DNA from: Octopus bimaculoides
Taxonomy: Eukaryota
DNA: 62,740 bases
Assembly (NCBI RefSeq): GCF_001194135.2
Contig: NC_068989.1
Location: 66,399,363 to 66,462,102 of the forward strand
Direction of reading: 5' to 3'
Made by a program: the position numbers and the translations under genes. How positions within the stretch are numbered: the stretch's first letter is position 1; each line of letters begins with the position of its first letter. Under the pieces are notes generated by a model. That model saw only the letters and a list, made by a program, of their open reading frames with translations. It made no database searches and was not told the origin of the DNA. Below are positions 1-11,340 of the stretch, in pieces.

Positions 1-187
1 CAAATGAATCACCAAAATTGGCCTTTCATTATTTATAATCTGTACCTGTTTGTTTGGTTACGAAATAAGATACACAAAAACGTGTTTCTGAATTACGTGT
101 ATTTACTTTATATACATATGAGTTGAAAACTTTCTTCTAGCATTCCACTTAATATCTATGTTCCATGCTGGCATGGATTGGAGAGTT

Positions 188-303
188 ATTAATGTAGAAA
201 TATGGTATCGTAGCTACTAACGGTTGAGGGTTGCGTAGTCTAGACGGCGTTTTTAGATTTCATTATTCTCTTTAACCCGGGCAACGCCGGGTGTTTCTGC
301 TAG
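188..303 (+). mobile_element. Non-autonomous Helitron 3' terminus
   Basis: GC-rich hairpin ACCCGG-GCAACG-CCGGGT (275-292) followed 8 nt later by CTAG|T (300-304). The 5' boundary is approximate. Confidence 0.7.
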
Positions 304-602
304 TATATATATATATATATATGTTACATATTATATACATATTCTATATATGTATATATATATATGTTATATACATATTATATATATGTATATAATATTA
401 TATACACATTTATATATTCATATAATATATATATATTTATATATATAGTAAATCCCAAAAAGAACAAGCACAAAAAACACAACACGAGGACGTGGTACAT
501 GTAAAGTATTAGAAGACCTTCAGGGAAGGAAAGAAAGATGGTTTAATATATATATATGCACACATCATAATTATGTATACATATATATAATTACTAACCC
601 AT

Positions 603-775
603 AGGTGCAGGAGTGGCTGTGTGGTAAGAAGCTTGCTTCCCAGCCACATGGTTCCAGGTTCAGTCCCACTGCATGGCTCCTTGAGCAACTGTCTTCTACT
701 ATAACCTCGAGCCAACCAAAGCCTTGTGAGTGGATTTGATAGACAGAAACTGAAAGAAGCCCGTCGTATATATAT
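603..775 (+). mobile_element. tRNA-derived SINE, family A (5' half)
   Basis: A-box-like TGGCTGTGTGG, B-box-like GGTTCAGTCCC, CORE-like CCTTGAGCAACTGTC; many related copies in the window. Confidence 0.75.
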
Positions 776-920
776 CATCATCATCATCATCATCGTTTAA
801 CATCCGCTTTCCATGCTAGCATGGGTTGGACGATTTGATTGAGGACTGGTGAAACCGGATGGCAACACCAGGCTCCAATCTAATTTGGCAGAGTTTCTAT
901 AGCTGGATGCCCTTCCTAAC

Positions 921-923
<3 letters not shown>
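776..923 (-). mobile_element. RTE-tail retroelement fragment, family B, (ATG)n tail
   Basis: Nearly identical to copies at 4140-4345 and 22706-22856; sits in the (TA)n tract of the family A SINE. Confidence 0.75.
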
Positions 924-979
<56 letters not shown>

Positions 980-1208
980 GGAAAGTAAGAAGTAAAATAA
1001 GTGAAAATGCACGTTGGAAAACAAAAAAACGTAACCACACAAGTATGCCTGCCCTTTCACTAGTATAAATGTATTATGCTAAATCTAAACCTGTGTAGGT
1101 GAAGCCTTCTTTAAACTTGATGACAAATGATGATTGCATATTATCTAACGTTTTGTACAGTAACATTACTTCTCTGAACCTAACTTGATTTCTCTTCAAT
1201 ATTTCCAG

Positions 1209-1282
1209 GTTATCTCTCCTGTGGTATTTTGTTACATGAAGATCATGAGCTAATAGTCTTACTTGTTAACACAATATTGAAG
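1209..1282 (+). CDS. AP4E1: AP-4 complex subunit epsilon, first exon in window (internal exon)
   Basis: ttccag acceptor, gtaagt donor. Encodes (G)YLSCGILLHEDHELIVLLVNTILK, matching human AP4E1 GYLAVSLFLHESHELLLLLVNTVVK as recalled. Confidence 0.93.
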
Positions 1283-1944
1283 GTAAGTTATGAAAGGTCT
1301 ATCAATTCTTTCTTTACAAGTTTGATAGCAAAATTTGGTGTGTGTTCAACCTCAGCAGATTGATTGTCGATCTTTGTCATAAATATATATTTTATTAACT
1401 AGATGCGCATGAAGCAGTGTTGAATGAAATATACATGTATACAGTCATATTTAACATATTCAGTCATAAAACTCTCTCTCCGTCAGATAAATGGCTCTGC
1501 TCAATATGTAGGAAAGGAGTTGGAAGAAATTCCATTTTCTTTACCCAGTGTAAAAAGTCTGGTGCAGGCTTCTGCCTGGTCAGCTCTTGTCAAACTGTCC
1601 CACCCATGCCAGCATGGAAGGCTGATGTTAAACGATGATGATGATGATATTCAGGCATAGGAAGACTTGCCACTGAGAAAATTCTCCTTCTATATGATAT
1701 GTGTGAAAACAGCATTGAGGTATGAATGACATTATTGGACTGTAGAATGCATGCATTTCTGCATCCTGACATTTCATCAGTTTTGGACACTGAGTTAGTC
1801 ATTCATAGCCCTCTAAAAACAAATGTTCTTATATACAAAAGCAGCATGTAATACATTTGCTGATGTATGCAAAGCTTGGTTAAGTTGGAATTAATTAACT
1901 AGAAGTACATGAAGCAGCATTGAATAAAATATATTCACAAGCAT

Positions 1945-2240
1945 CATCATTGTTGTTTAACGTCTGCTTTCCATGCTGGCATGGGTTGGACGGTTTGACT
2001 GAGGACTAGTGAGCCAGAAGGCTGCACCAGGTTCAATCTGATCTGGCAAAGTTTCTACAGCTGGATGCCCTTCCTAACGCCAACCACTCCGAGAGTGTAG
2101 TGGGTGCTTTTATGTGCCACTGGCACGAGGGCGAGTCAGGCAGTTCTGGCAACGATCACGCTCAAAATGCTACTTTTTATGTGCCACCAGCACAGGAGCC
2201 AATCTGTAGCCCTGGCAATGATCACGCTCGGATTTACTTT
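1945..2240 (-). mobile_element. Family B retroelement fragment
   Basis: Shared TTTAACGTCTGCTTTCCATGCTGGCATGGGTTGGACG...CTACAGCTGGATGCCCTTCCTAACGCCAACCACTCC sequence. Confidence 0.75.
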
Positions 2241-2926
2241 TAACGTTCTACTGGCACAAGTGCTAATCAGCTGTGTAGCTTCCCTTCAGCAAGAAAACTG
2301 GTCTGTTTTGGCCCATTCTCTCTCACTTTAACACTTCATCCCATAACATCTCCCTCTCTACTGTAACCCCATTCAGTTGAATGAGATGTTAGTTTTGCAA
2401 GATGCATGGCAACCTCATTAATGATGGTGCCATGAAAAAAGCACATGGTACATGCTGTAATGTGACTGACATTAGGAAGAGTATCCAGGAATAGAAACCA
2501 TGCCTAAATAGATACTGGAGCACGGTGCTGTCTTCTGACTTACTGGATCCTGTCAAATCATCCATCCCACACCTGCTTTGGAAATGAATTTTAAATAAAA
2601 CCATCATCATTTAACGTCCATTTTCCATATGATTTGATGATTGGTTTGGATGGTTCAACAGTGGGTGGCAAGCCAACCATTTTACAGAGTGAACTGCTTT
2701 TTATGTAGCACCAGCAGCAGTGAGGTCTCCAAAACAAGACCCCTGGATTAGTATTGAGGGACATGAATAGGTGTATTGCAACGGAAGAGAAACATGGCTG
2801 CCTGGAGTAGAAGGAGAGAGAGAGAGGAAAGAGATAATGTGAAGATGTGACATTTCTACTTTGATTATACATTTGTTGTTTGCAATTAGTTTTGATTTGA
2901 TTTGTTTAATTTCGTTTGGTTTTCAG

Positions 2927-3048
2927 GATCTCCGTAGTACCAATATTCTAGACAATTGCATTGCATTGTCTGCTGCTAGTTCTCTTGTTAATGCAGAGAT
3001 GATTCCTGTTGTGTTACCTTTGGTTGAAGAAAAGCTTCGACATTCGAG
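2927..3048 (+). CDS. AP4E1: AP4E1 exon, adaptin N-terminal trunk
   Basis: tttcag/gtaaat, 122 nt. DLRSTNILDNCIALSAASSLVNAEMIPVVLPLVEEKLRHS vs human DLQSTNLVEVCMALTVVSQIFPCEMIPAVLPLIEDKLQHS. Confidence 0.95.
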
Positions 3049-3254
3049 GTAAATATCTATTTTGAAAGCATATTCCCAAGAGTAATTTTGCTAAGGAAGA
3101 TAACTTTCAATCACTTTTATGAAATTTAATTTTTATTCTCTTTCAACTCTCTGAATCTTAAATGGAAGATTTTATTTCCCAATGTTTTGATGGAATAACT
3201 GTTTTTATTTTCCTAATGATACCAAAACGGTTTGGTTCACTTAATAGATCATAT

Positions 3255-3430
3255 GCATAGGATGACTGTGTGGTTAAGAAGTTTGGTTCACAACCATATG
3301 GTTTGGGTTCAGTCCCACTGCCTGGCACTTGGGGCAAGCATATTGTACTATAACTCCAGATCAACTAAAGTTTTGTCAGTGGATTTGGTAGAAAGAAACC
3401 GGAGGAAACCTATGATATTCGTGTGTGTGT
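3255..3430 (+). mobile_element. Family A SINE copy
   Basis: GGGTTCAGTCCCACTG...CTTGGGGCAAG...GTGGATTTGGTAGA. Confidence 0.7.
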
Positions 3431-4139
3431 GTTCTTGTCATTACATTGTATGATTGCTGTAAATGAGTGTCACTATCATACAAATGAGTGTCCCTTGTTT
3501 CCAATCTCCAATGAAAATATATTTGATCATGGGGAAATATTATCCCACTTGGAAACCACTGAAGGTGGGTAACAGGAAAGGACATCTGACCAAAGAAAAT
3601 CTTCTTCAATTCAGTCATGGAAAAGTGGACATTAAAGTGATGATGATAAGGAGATTATTTTTCTGGAAAACTGGGGACAAACACAAAGACATACACACCT
3701 ACATACATATAATATATATATNNNNNNNNNNNNNNNNNNNNNNNNNNNNNNNNNNNNNNNNNATATATATAGAAAAAAAAATGTTTAGGTCACTGATAAC
3801 CTAAACTAATTGGTATGTGGTCTGAGTGTTCCAATTGATAAGCTACTAGGATCTAAGTCAAGGATGAGGAAACCTCTGCCCGCGGGCACAATTCCACCTA
3901 TGACCCCATTTTATTTCGTGCACAGGCTGATATACTCGTATGTACAAAATATAGTAAATATTTTAATTACAAAATTTATACAATATGCCTATTTGTGACA
4001 CAGGTCGCGTTTCCAAATTATAATTATTGTATGTATACCAATTTTTTTGATATTATTCATGGTAGTGAAAGTATACTTCCAAAGTTATCCATCATATTCT
4101 GGGTTCGAATTCTGCCAAGGTCAACTTTGCCTTTCATCC

Positions 4140-4345
4140 TTTCATCATCATCATCGTTTAACGTCCGCTTTCCATGCTAGCATGGGTTGGAAGATTTGAC
4201 TGAGGACTGGTGAACCAGATGGCTGCACCAGGCTCCAATCTGATCTGGCAGAGTTTCTACAGCTGGATGCCCTTCCTAATGCCAACCACTCCGAGAGTGT
4301 AGTGGGTGCTTTTACGTGCCACCGGCATGAGGGCCAATCATGCGA
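4140..4345 (-). mobile_element. Family B retroelement fragment
   Basis: (CAT)n followed by the family B consensus, with CpGs retained. Confidence 0.75.
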
Positions 4346-4587
4346 GTACCAGTTGAACATTGGGGTCAATACAATCAACTAACTCTCTCCCCCGAAATTG
4401 CTGGCTTTGTGCCAAAATTTAAAACCAAAGTTACCCATCATATGACATGTAACATTCTAGTATATATATATAATGTTCAAGTTTACAAAACCAGATACTA
4501 TCTTAGCACCCTAGTTTGAGAAAACTGGGAAAAAATGAGAAATGTTTGGTGTAGAGAGAAATTTTTATGTTTTACTCTCTTTTTCAG

Positions 4588-4747
4588 ATCTGTTGTGAGG
4601 AAGAAAGCTGTCACAGCTTTTCTGAATATTTGGTCTAAGAGCCCAGGTTCCATACCAAATATTGCCAATAAATTCAGTGATGTTCTTTGTGATCAAGATC
4701 CTGGTGTAGTGAATGCTTCTTTAATTTGCTATCAATCTCTTATCAAG
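4588..4747 (+). CDS. AP4E1: AP4E1 exon ending at a non-canonical GC donor
   Basis: ttttcag acceptor, 160 nt. SVVRKKAVTAF...LCDQDPGVVNASLICYQSLIK, followed by AAG/gcaaga; joins the next exon in phase 0. Confidence 0.88.
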
Positions 4748-4987
4748 GCAAGAAAAACCCTAAATTCTATTAAAAATTTTTTACATTTCCTTTCTCAACT
4801 GGGCACTTTTAAGAATTTTTATTAATTGCTATCCATGACTTATTTTACCAAAAATGCTTTGACATTCTAATGCAACCTATTATTCATTATGTGGTTTTGT
4901 GGCTGTTTACTTGATTCCATGCTAAAAACTAGAGTAAGAATTTTGCATTCTTTCATTATGTATATGGCTTTCATAATTTATATTTGT

Positions 4988-5221
4988 GGTTCTTTAGCAT
5001 TCAAATTACTTTGTCAAATATAATGCTTATTTACTCACATTTTTTTGAAAATTAATCCTTTATTATCTTGTAGCTTTGACATGTCAAAGATGTGATTGTT
5101 TATTTTTAGAATGACATTGCAGGGTAGATGAGATGCAAAAGGCTGGGTCTAGCCAGTTTGAACATAAAACAAGCAGAATATTTAGGTTGGATAAGGGCCA
5201 GTTTAAATGCTAAAGGGTTAA
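4988..5221. mobile_element. piggyBac-like MITE (CCCTTTAGCAT termini, TTAA)
   Basis: Right end ATGCTAAAGGG-TTAA, left end TCTTTAGCAT; second copy at 9847-10072. Confidence 0.6.
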
Positions 5222-5228
5222 GGGGCAT

Positions 5229-5452
5229 TATTTACATTTGATGGATATTTGTCCTCATTTGTTGTTAACACAACGTTTCAGCTGTTATACCCTCCAGCCT
5301 TCATCAGGTGTCTTGGGGAAATTTCGAACCTGGGTTCTCATTCCTAAGGTATTTTTCGATGTTATTATTATTATTCCGGTTACTGTTTGGAATCGAACTC
5401 GGAATTTTGGGGTTAGTAGCCCACGCTCTTAACCACTACACCATATGCCCAT
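5229..5452 (-). mobile_element. tRNA-headed SINE carrying a hammerhead ribozyme motif, with 14-bp TSD
   Basis: A box at 5433-5443, B box GAGTTCGATTCC at 5389-5400, direct repeat GGGTTAAGGGGCAT at 5215-5228 and 5453-5466. Confidence 0.85.
5267..5312 (-). ncRNA. Minimal type I hammerhead ribozyme motif
   Basis: Minus strand reads GACAC-CTGATGA-A-GGCTG(GAGGGTATAA)CAGCT-GAA-ACGT-T-GTGTT. Core boxes intact, stem I GACAC/GTGTT, stem II hairpin, palindromic ACGT in place of helix III. Confidence 0.65.
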
Positions 5453-5556
5453 GGGTTAAGGGGCATATGATATTATTACATTTCATTGATTATGTTTTTG
5501 TTTTTATTTCAATGGTATATTCCTAATTTGAAAATTTTTTTTTTTTTTTTTTATAG

Positions 5557-5723
5557 GCAAATCCATCTCAGTACAAAAACTTAACACCTGCATTTTTGAA
5601 TATTCTGAAACAAATTTTAAAGCGAAAATTACCTGCTGAATATGAATACCATTCTATTCCAAATCCTTGGATGCAAATTTCTTTACTAAAATTGCTGTCA
5701 TTTCTTGGAGCTGATGATAAACA
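5557..5723 (+). CDS. AP4E1: AP4E1 exon
   Basis: poly-T+atag acceptor, gtaagt donor, 167 nt. ANPSQYKNLTPAFLNILKQILKRKLPAEYEYHSIPNPWMQISLLKLLSFLGADDK carries the adaptin YHxxPxPWxQIxLL motif. Confidence 0.95.
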
Positions 5724-6554
5724 GTAAGTAATTTAATTAGTTGCCTTTTAGTGTGTTTTCCAGAAGTTGGACGAGAGTGGCAAGATTGGTGAGACTGAAT
5801 GGATCTACTCTGGCTATGTTTTTCTAAGTAGGAGGAAAGAAACTGGAAGATAGTACTTCCCATGCCTTGGCAGTGGCAGAATAATCTGGGACTTTTGCAT
5901 AGGGTTTATCTCGAATCACCCTTAGTGGATTGCTCTGATATTGGAGGTTCTATTTATTTATTTATTCATTTATTTATTATTTATTCCTCTACCTTCTATT
6001 TTTATAGCCTTTAATGTTGTAGCATCTCCCATTGATCAATGTAAACTTTATCTGTTTTGTGTTGTATCTTACCCTTTGATATTGTCCTTCACAGCTAGGC
6101 AATGTTTCTACAGCTGGATGCCCTTCCTAACGCCAACCACTCCGAAAGTATCGTGGGTACTTTTTATGTTCCGGTCAGGACCACAAGGGCCAGTCAGGTT
6201 GTACTGGCATCAGCCATGCTTGGATGGTGCTTTTTACATGCCACTGGCACAGGAGCCAGTCAGCCAGCACTGGCATCTACCATGCTATCACGCAAAATGT
6301 ACACACACATAAATAGAACGTGAGAGAGCGAGAGGTGTTTGTTGCAATAGAGGTCATTTAATACATCTTACTGCTTCTCTCTCAATCACCTTCTGTGATC
6401 TTTCTGCTTGACTGGTACTTATTTTAATAATTGCAGAAGACTGAAATGTAAAGTTAACTTTTGGCAGAATTTGAACGCAGAATGTAAAGAGCTGAAGAAA
6501 TTAATAGTGATAATAATAATAATAATAACAATAATGATAATAATAGTTTCAAAT

Positions 6555-6740
6555 TTTGGCGCAAGGCCAGGAATTTTGGTGGGAGGGTGATAGTTGATTA
6601 CATCAACCCCAGTATTCAACTGGTACTTAATTTATTGACCCCCACCCCGAAAGGGTGAAAGGCAAAGTCAACCTCAGCGGAATTTGAACTCAGAGTGTAA
6701 AGATGGATGAAATGCTACTAAGCATTCTGCCAGCTCACCA
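6555..6740 (-). mobile_element. tRNA-derived SINE, family C
   Basis: CTGAGTTCAAATTCCGCTGAGGTTGACTTTGCC...AAGTACCAGTTGAATACTGGGGTTGAT; CpG-decayed relative to intergenic copies. Confidence 0.75.
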
Positions 6741-6768
6741 CATTAACAATAATAATAATAATAATAAT

Positions 6769-7002
6769 AACAAGAGCAATCAGAGAGTGCAAATCTCCGT
6801 TAAGGCAACACCAACGTCCTCTCAACGATTAGCCGGAGTTGATTTTTAAAATGAGAATATCTGAAATAAACTCCCAAAATCTTATCAGTTCATGCCAGTC
6901 ATGAAAGTTTCATCAGAATCCATCCAGTGATTCTTGAGATATCTTGTCCACAAACAAACATGACTGAAAACAGTAACTCCTTTGCTAAGGTGGAGGTAAT
7001 AA
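6769..7002 (-). mobile_element. HINE/DINE-1-like non-autonomous Helentron
   Basis: Minus strand: TTATTACCTCCACC...GGAGTTAC partial inverted repeat, GTTT microsatellite, GGATTCTGATGAAACTTT core, 3' subTIR CGGAGAT plus stem-loop GCACTCTCTGATTGC, then TCTTGTT; lies in an (AAT)n tract. Confidence 0.6.
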
Positions 7003-7303
7003 TCTCAGATTTCGGCACAAGGCTAATAATTATAGGAGGAAATGTGATTCAATCTCCAGACACCCATGCCATTTTACCAGCATCCAAACAACCACGATGC
7101 CCAATCATCTCATTATGTGGTGGGACAGGTCCATTTCAGCGTAACCCCTTCACCATTTCTCACATCCATTCATCATTTACCAACCTTAACAACCACAGTA
7201 AAAACAGCAAAAACATGTATGTTATATTATTTTCAGGCTTTGAAAATGCTCTTCTTTGATTTTCATGTTATCACTTTTAACAATGAGACTTCTGTGGTTT
7301 CAG

Positions 7304-7377
7304 CTTGAGCACTCAGATCTACCCTGTCTTGAAGGAAGTGCTCCAGTGTGCAAACATGAAGGAAAACATGGCTTTTG
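7304..7377 (+). CDS. AP4E1: AP4E1 exon
   Basis: tttcag/gtaagt, 74 nt. LSTQIYPVLKEVLQCANMKENMAF; phases fit both neighbours. Confidence 0.88.
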
Positions 7378-8910
7378 GTAAGTAATCCTTTATCTTTTAC
7401 TTGCTTCAGTCATTTGACTGTGGCCATGCTTGGACACCACCTTGAAGGGTTTTTGTCAAACGAATTGCTTATTTTTATTAAATATGGACCTATTTTTATT
7501 CAAGTCCACTACTTATTGTATTGGTTTCTTTTGCCGAACTGCAAAGTTTCTGGGATATAAACAAACTAAGACTGGTTGTCAAGTGATGGTGGAGGGAACA
7601 AACACACAGACACACAGAAATATATACATTTGTATATATAAATACAGTGTACATTTAAACATATAAGAGGTGACTATCTTATGTGTTTAAATGGTCACCT
7701 CTTATGTGTCTAAATGTACACTGTATTCATATGAATAATATATAGTCTATTGACTAGTTTTCTACATGGTAGGCCACTGGTAGTAAAAATTTCAAAATTT
7801 TTTACCTACCCTGATATTTATTAATATTTATATAAATGTATATATAAAAATATATATATTTGTGTATATATGTGTGTGTGTGTGTGTGTATGCAACAGGC
7901 TTCTTTCAGTTTCTATGTACCAAATCTACCCACAAGGCTTTGGTCAACCTAGGTCTGTAGTGGAAACACTTTCCCACAGTACCATGCAGTGGGACTGAAC
8001 CTGGAACCATGTTGTTGGGATTAGCCATACCTGTGTTGATGATCTTCCCCTATGTAGATTATGCTAAGTAATACACCTTACAAGTTGTCAGCCTGTTGTG
8101 ACTGAGTTCTGGGGAGTTTTCTTTCTCCTATGGAGGTTGTCATTTCTTGACACAAGTCCCACCAATTTTGGTGTCAAGAGATGGGCTTTGAACTCAGAAT
8201 GCCCAGAGATGGAACAGATACAGTGAAGCATCCCCATCTAACACTAACAATTCCACTAATTCGTCCCACTGGACTGTTACTTGATCTTATTGATTCCAGA
8301 ACAATAAAAGATAAAATGCCCTCAGTGCATTTTGAACTCAGATCACAGAGTATTGCAACAAGTGGATCAAATCATTGCATTCAACACTCTAAAGACTCAG
8401 CCAATTCACTGTAGAAATAAATATTGCGAATACAAATCTGACGTGTGCAATTGAAGCAGTATTAAATTAAAATAGCTGTCTATGTATCATGTCATTATGA
8501 CCACCATCAACATTTGACATCCATTTTCTATGCTGGCATGGGTTGGATGGCTTGACAGGAACAGGCAAAGCCAGGGGTCACACCAAAATCTAGAAGGTTG
8601 TTGTAAATACATATTCTAGTGATGAGATTAATACAGGATGCTATGAAAAACACTTCCCACATTTTACTGGTTCACTAATAGTCCAACCACAAGCACATGG
8701 TATTCACTAGTCCAAACCATGATGGTAACTATTAAAACAAGATGAGTTAAACATCAGCTACGTGAAGTTACCATTGCCACCTGTCTAACTTCACTAGCTA
8801 ATGTGCATCAAAGCAATTAAGACTGGAGATTTGACTACTGCATTCTGTATTCTTGAAAATTACTCTCTTAATTAAATATAATTTTGTTTTTTGTCTTTTT
8901 CTCCTTACAG

Positions 8911-9033
8911 CTATTACTTATGAATGTATTCTTACTATTACACACATTGTACCTAATCAGGAATTATTAGATGATGCTTCCAGAGCAGTCAGCAAGTTCT
9001 TACACTCCAGTAATCAAAATTTGAAATACCTTG
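8911..9033 (+). CDS. AP4E1: AP4E1 exon
   Basis: ccttacag/gtaagt, 123 nt. AITYECILTITHIVPNQELLDDASRAVSKFLHSSNQNLKYL (adaptin NLKYLG motif). Confidence 0.95.
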
Positions 9034-9094
9034 GTAAGTGTTAGAGAATTTGATTTTGTATTAATACTGTATGAAGTTTATTTATATTTCCTTA

Positions 9095-9880
9095 TTGGGC
9101 CACAACAACTCATGGTCTAGTACAAGGGACATTGTTTTATCCCTTCTTCTCTAAAAGCCCTTTCCTCCTCCTCCTCCTCCTCCTCCTCTTCTTTTCTTCT
9201 TTTCTTCTTCTTTTCTTCTTCTTCTTCTTCCCTTCTTCTTCTTGTGTCTTCTTTTTTTTCGTGTTTTCTTTTTCTCGTGTTTTCTTCTTATGTCTTCTTC
9301 TTGTGTCTTCTTTTCTTCTTCTTCTTCTTCTCTTTTTCTTTTTCTTCTTCTTCTTCTTCTTGTGTCTTCTTCTTTCTCTTCGTGTGTCGTCTTCTTCTTC
9401 TTCTTGTGTCTTCTTTTTCTTCTTCTTCTTGTGTCTTCTTCTTTCTCTTCTTGTGTCTTTTTCCTCTTCTTCTTCATCTTCTTCTTGTGTCTTCTTTTTC
9501 TTCTTCTTCTTCTTCTTGTGTCTTCTCTTCCTCAGTCGATGGGCATATCATTACTCACACTCATGCTCCAGTTTCTGACCCACAAGCATGCTGTCTCCTC
9601 TCTCAACTTTTTCTACTGCTACTATATTGGTCTCTGCTCCTGAGAATCAGGAGGTTTTGTACTTGTACCCTCTCCTCTCATGTACTTCTGTCCCGTTTGT
9701 CTCTCCTCCTCTATTTCATTGTTGTTATGTCAAATGCTTCCATGTCACACACTTCCCATTACATCTTGTGTTTTCTCCCCAGAACAGCATCCCTCTGGAA
9801 TTACCTTTCACCTCATATTTTTCCTGTGGGTATCACTTGCAGCAGTTTAACCTTTTAGTATTCAGATTTCTCTGCCGAAT
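9095..9880 (+). mobile_element. CR1/L2-group LINE ORF2 3' remnant interrupted by a (TTC)n expansion
   Basis: LQFLTHKHAVSSLNFFYCYYIGLCS and FLPRTASLWNYLSPHIFP resemble CR1-type LQPLSHRR...LFYRYY and FFPRTxxLWNxLP motifs. Confidence 0.65.
9165..9535. repeat. Compound (TTC)n / CTTCTTGTGT microsatellite
   Basis: Directly visible polypyrimidine tandem repeat. Confidence 0.95.
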
Positions 9881-10072
9881 GTAATGCTTTTTATTTGTAT
9901 TGTTTTGAATTAATTATGCATTATTTCGTATCTTCAAGATTTCAATAATGTGATTATTTGTTTTAGAATGACATTGTAGGGTAGGTGTGAGAGATCAGAT
10001 CTGGCTATTTTGAACCTAAAACGGGTTGAATATTTAGGCCTGATATGGCCAGTTTAAATAATTGAGAGTTAA
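9847..10072. mobile_element. piggyBac-like MITE, second copy
   Basis: TTAA-CCTTTTAGTATT at left, GAGAG-TTAA at right; internal sequence homologous to 4988-5221. Confidence 0.6.
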
Positions 10073-10217
10073 ATGGAACATTAACAACATAAACCTCACT
10101 GGAGAATTTGTAAGGGCCATGGGCATTTCCCCTTTTCCCAGACCCAGTAAAATAATGAAAGACAATTGTGATCATCAATCTCATCATCATTATCATTCAT
10201 CATTCTCATCTTCATCG

Positions 10218-10257
<40 letters not shown>

Positions 10258-10303
10258 TATTATTATAATGTTATTCCACTTTGAAATATTCTCTCATTGA
10301 CAG

Positions 10304-10413
10304 GAATGAAGTCACTCACTGCACTAGTAATCGTTGCACCTAAGTATGCTGTAGAATATCAAATGATTATTATGGAATATCTTGAGAATCCTGATCCAGC
10401 AATCCAAAGAAAG
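10304..10413 (+). CDS. AP4E1: AP4E1 exon
   Basis: gacag/gtatgg, 110 nt. GMKSLTALVIVAPKYAVEYQMIIMEYLENPDPAIQRK vs human GLKALTYVIQQDPTLALQHQMTIIECLDHPDPIIKRE. Confidence 0.93.
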
Positions 10414-10607
10414 GTATGGTGGCGTTTACTACATGTTATATTTACAAGCTTTCATTAGTCATGGTCTGCGAGTAACGCTTAACTGTGAAGCCTTGACAGA
10501 AACATTATCTATCCTATATGCAACATTTGTTTCTACAGAATGCAATTGAAGACAATCTAATATCAATACTATGTCATATTATTTGTAAGACAATTGATAA
10601 TTGATGT

Positions 10608-10661
<54 letters not shown>

Positions 10662-10989
10662 TGTTGTGTATGGGGAGAGTCATTTTCTTATCGTGCCTTA
10701 AAATTTAACACACTCACCGTTAAAATTTCCACTTATTAGGAAAATAAAAATTAAAATAATAAGTGGAAATTTTAACGGTGAGTGTGTTAAATTTTAAGGC
10801 ACAATAAGAAAATGACTCTCCCCAGACAACAGAATGTGCTTCAACACACGAAATCACATAAAAAATCTTGCAAACCAAATCCAAAAACGAAATATATATA
10901 TATGTATATTACATTGATAATATTTTTCTTTAAGTGAAAGGTAGATTGTATGATGCTTGTGTATGAACAGCTATACTCCATGGTAGTAA

Positions 10990-11340
10990 GAACAAGAGTG
11001 GAATGAAGGCAGTATGCTCTGATGGATGTGCAGCGTCAATGTGCATGAATGACAAAGTGCAAGTTTGTTGAGAGAAAAGTTGGGCATAAGAGGAATCAAA
11101 TACAGCATGCAAGAGAGGAGACTGCATTGGTTTAGATATGTGGTGCATATGAATGAAGACAGCTGTATTAAGAAATGCCAGTCACTGAATGCAGATGGTA
11201 CATGTGGAAGAGAGAGACCTAGGAAGACATGCGATGAAGTGGTGAGGACTGATCTCAGGATGTCGGGGCTCATGAAGAAAGTGGCAATGGCCTGAGATGT
11301 CTGGCAATATGAGGTTCTAGAGAAGACTTGCCTATGTCAA
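10990..11340 (+). mobile_element. RTE-clade LINE ORF C-terminal remnant
   Basis: LREKLGIRGIKYSMQERRLHWFRYVVHMNEDSC...GRERPRKT matches the RTE RRLRWFGHVxRM...GRPRKTW motif. Confidence 0.85.
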
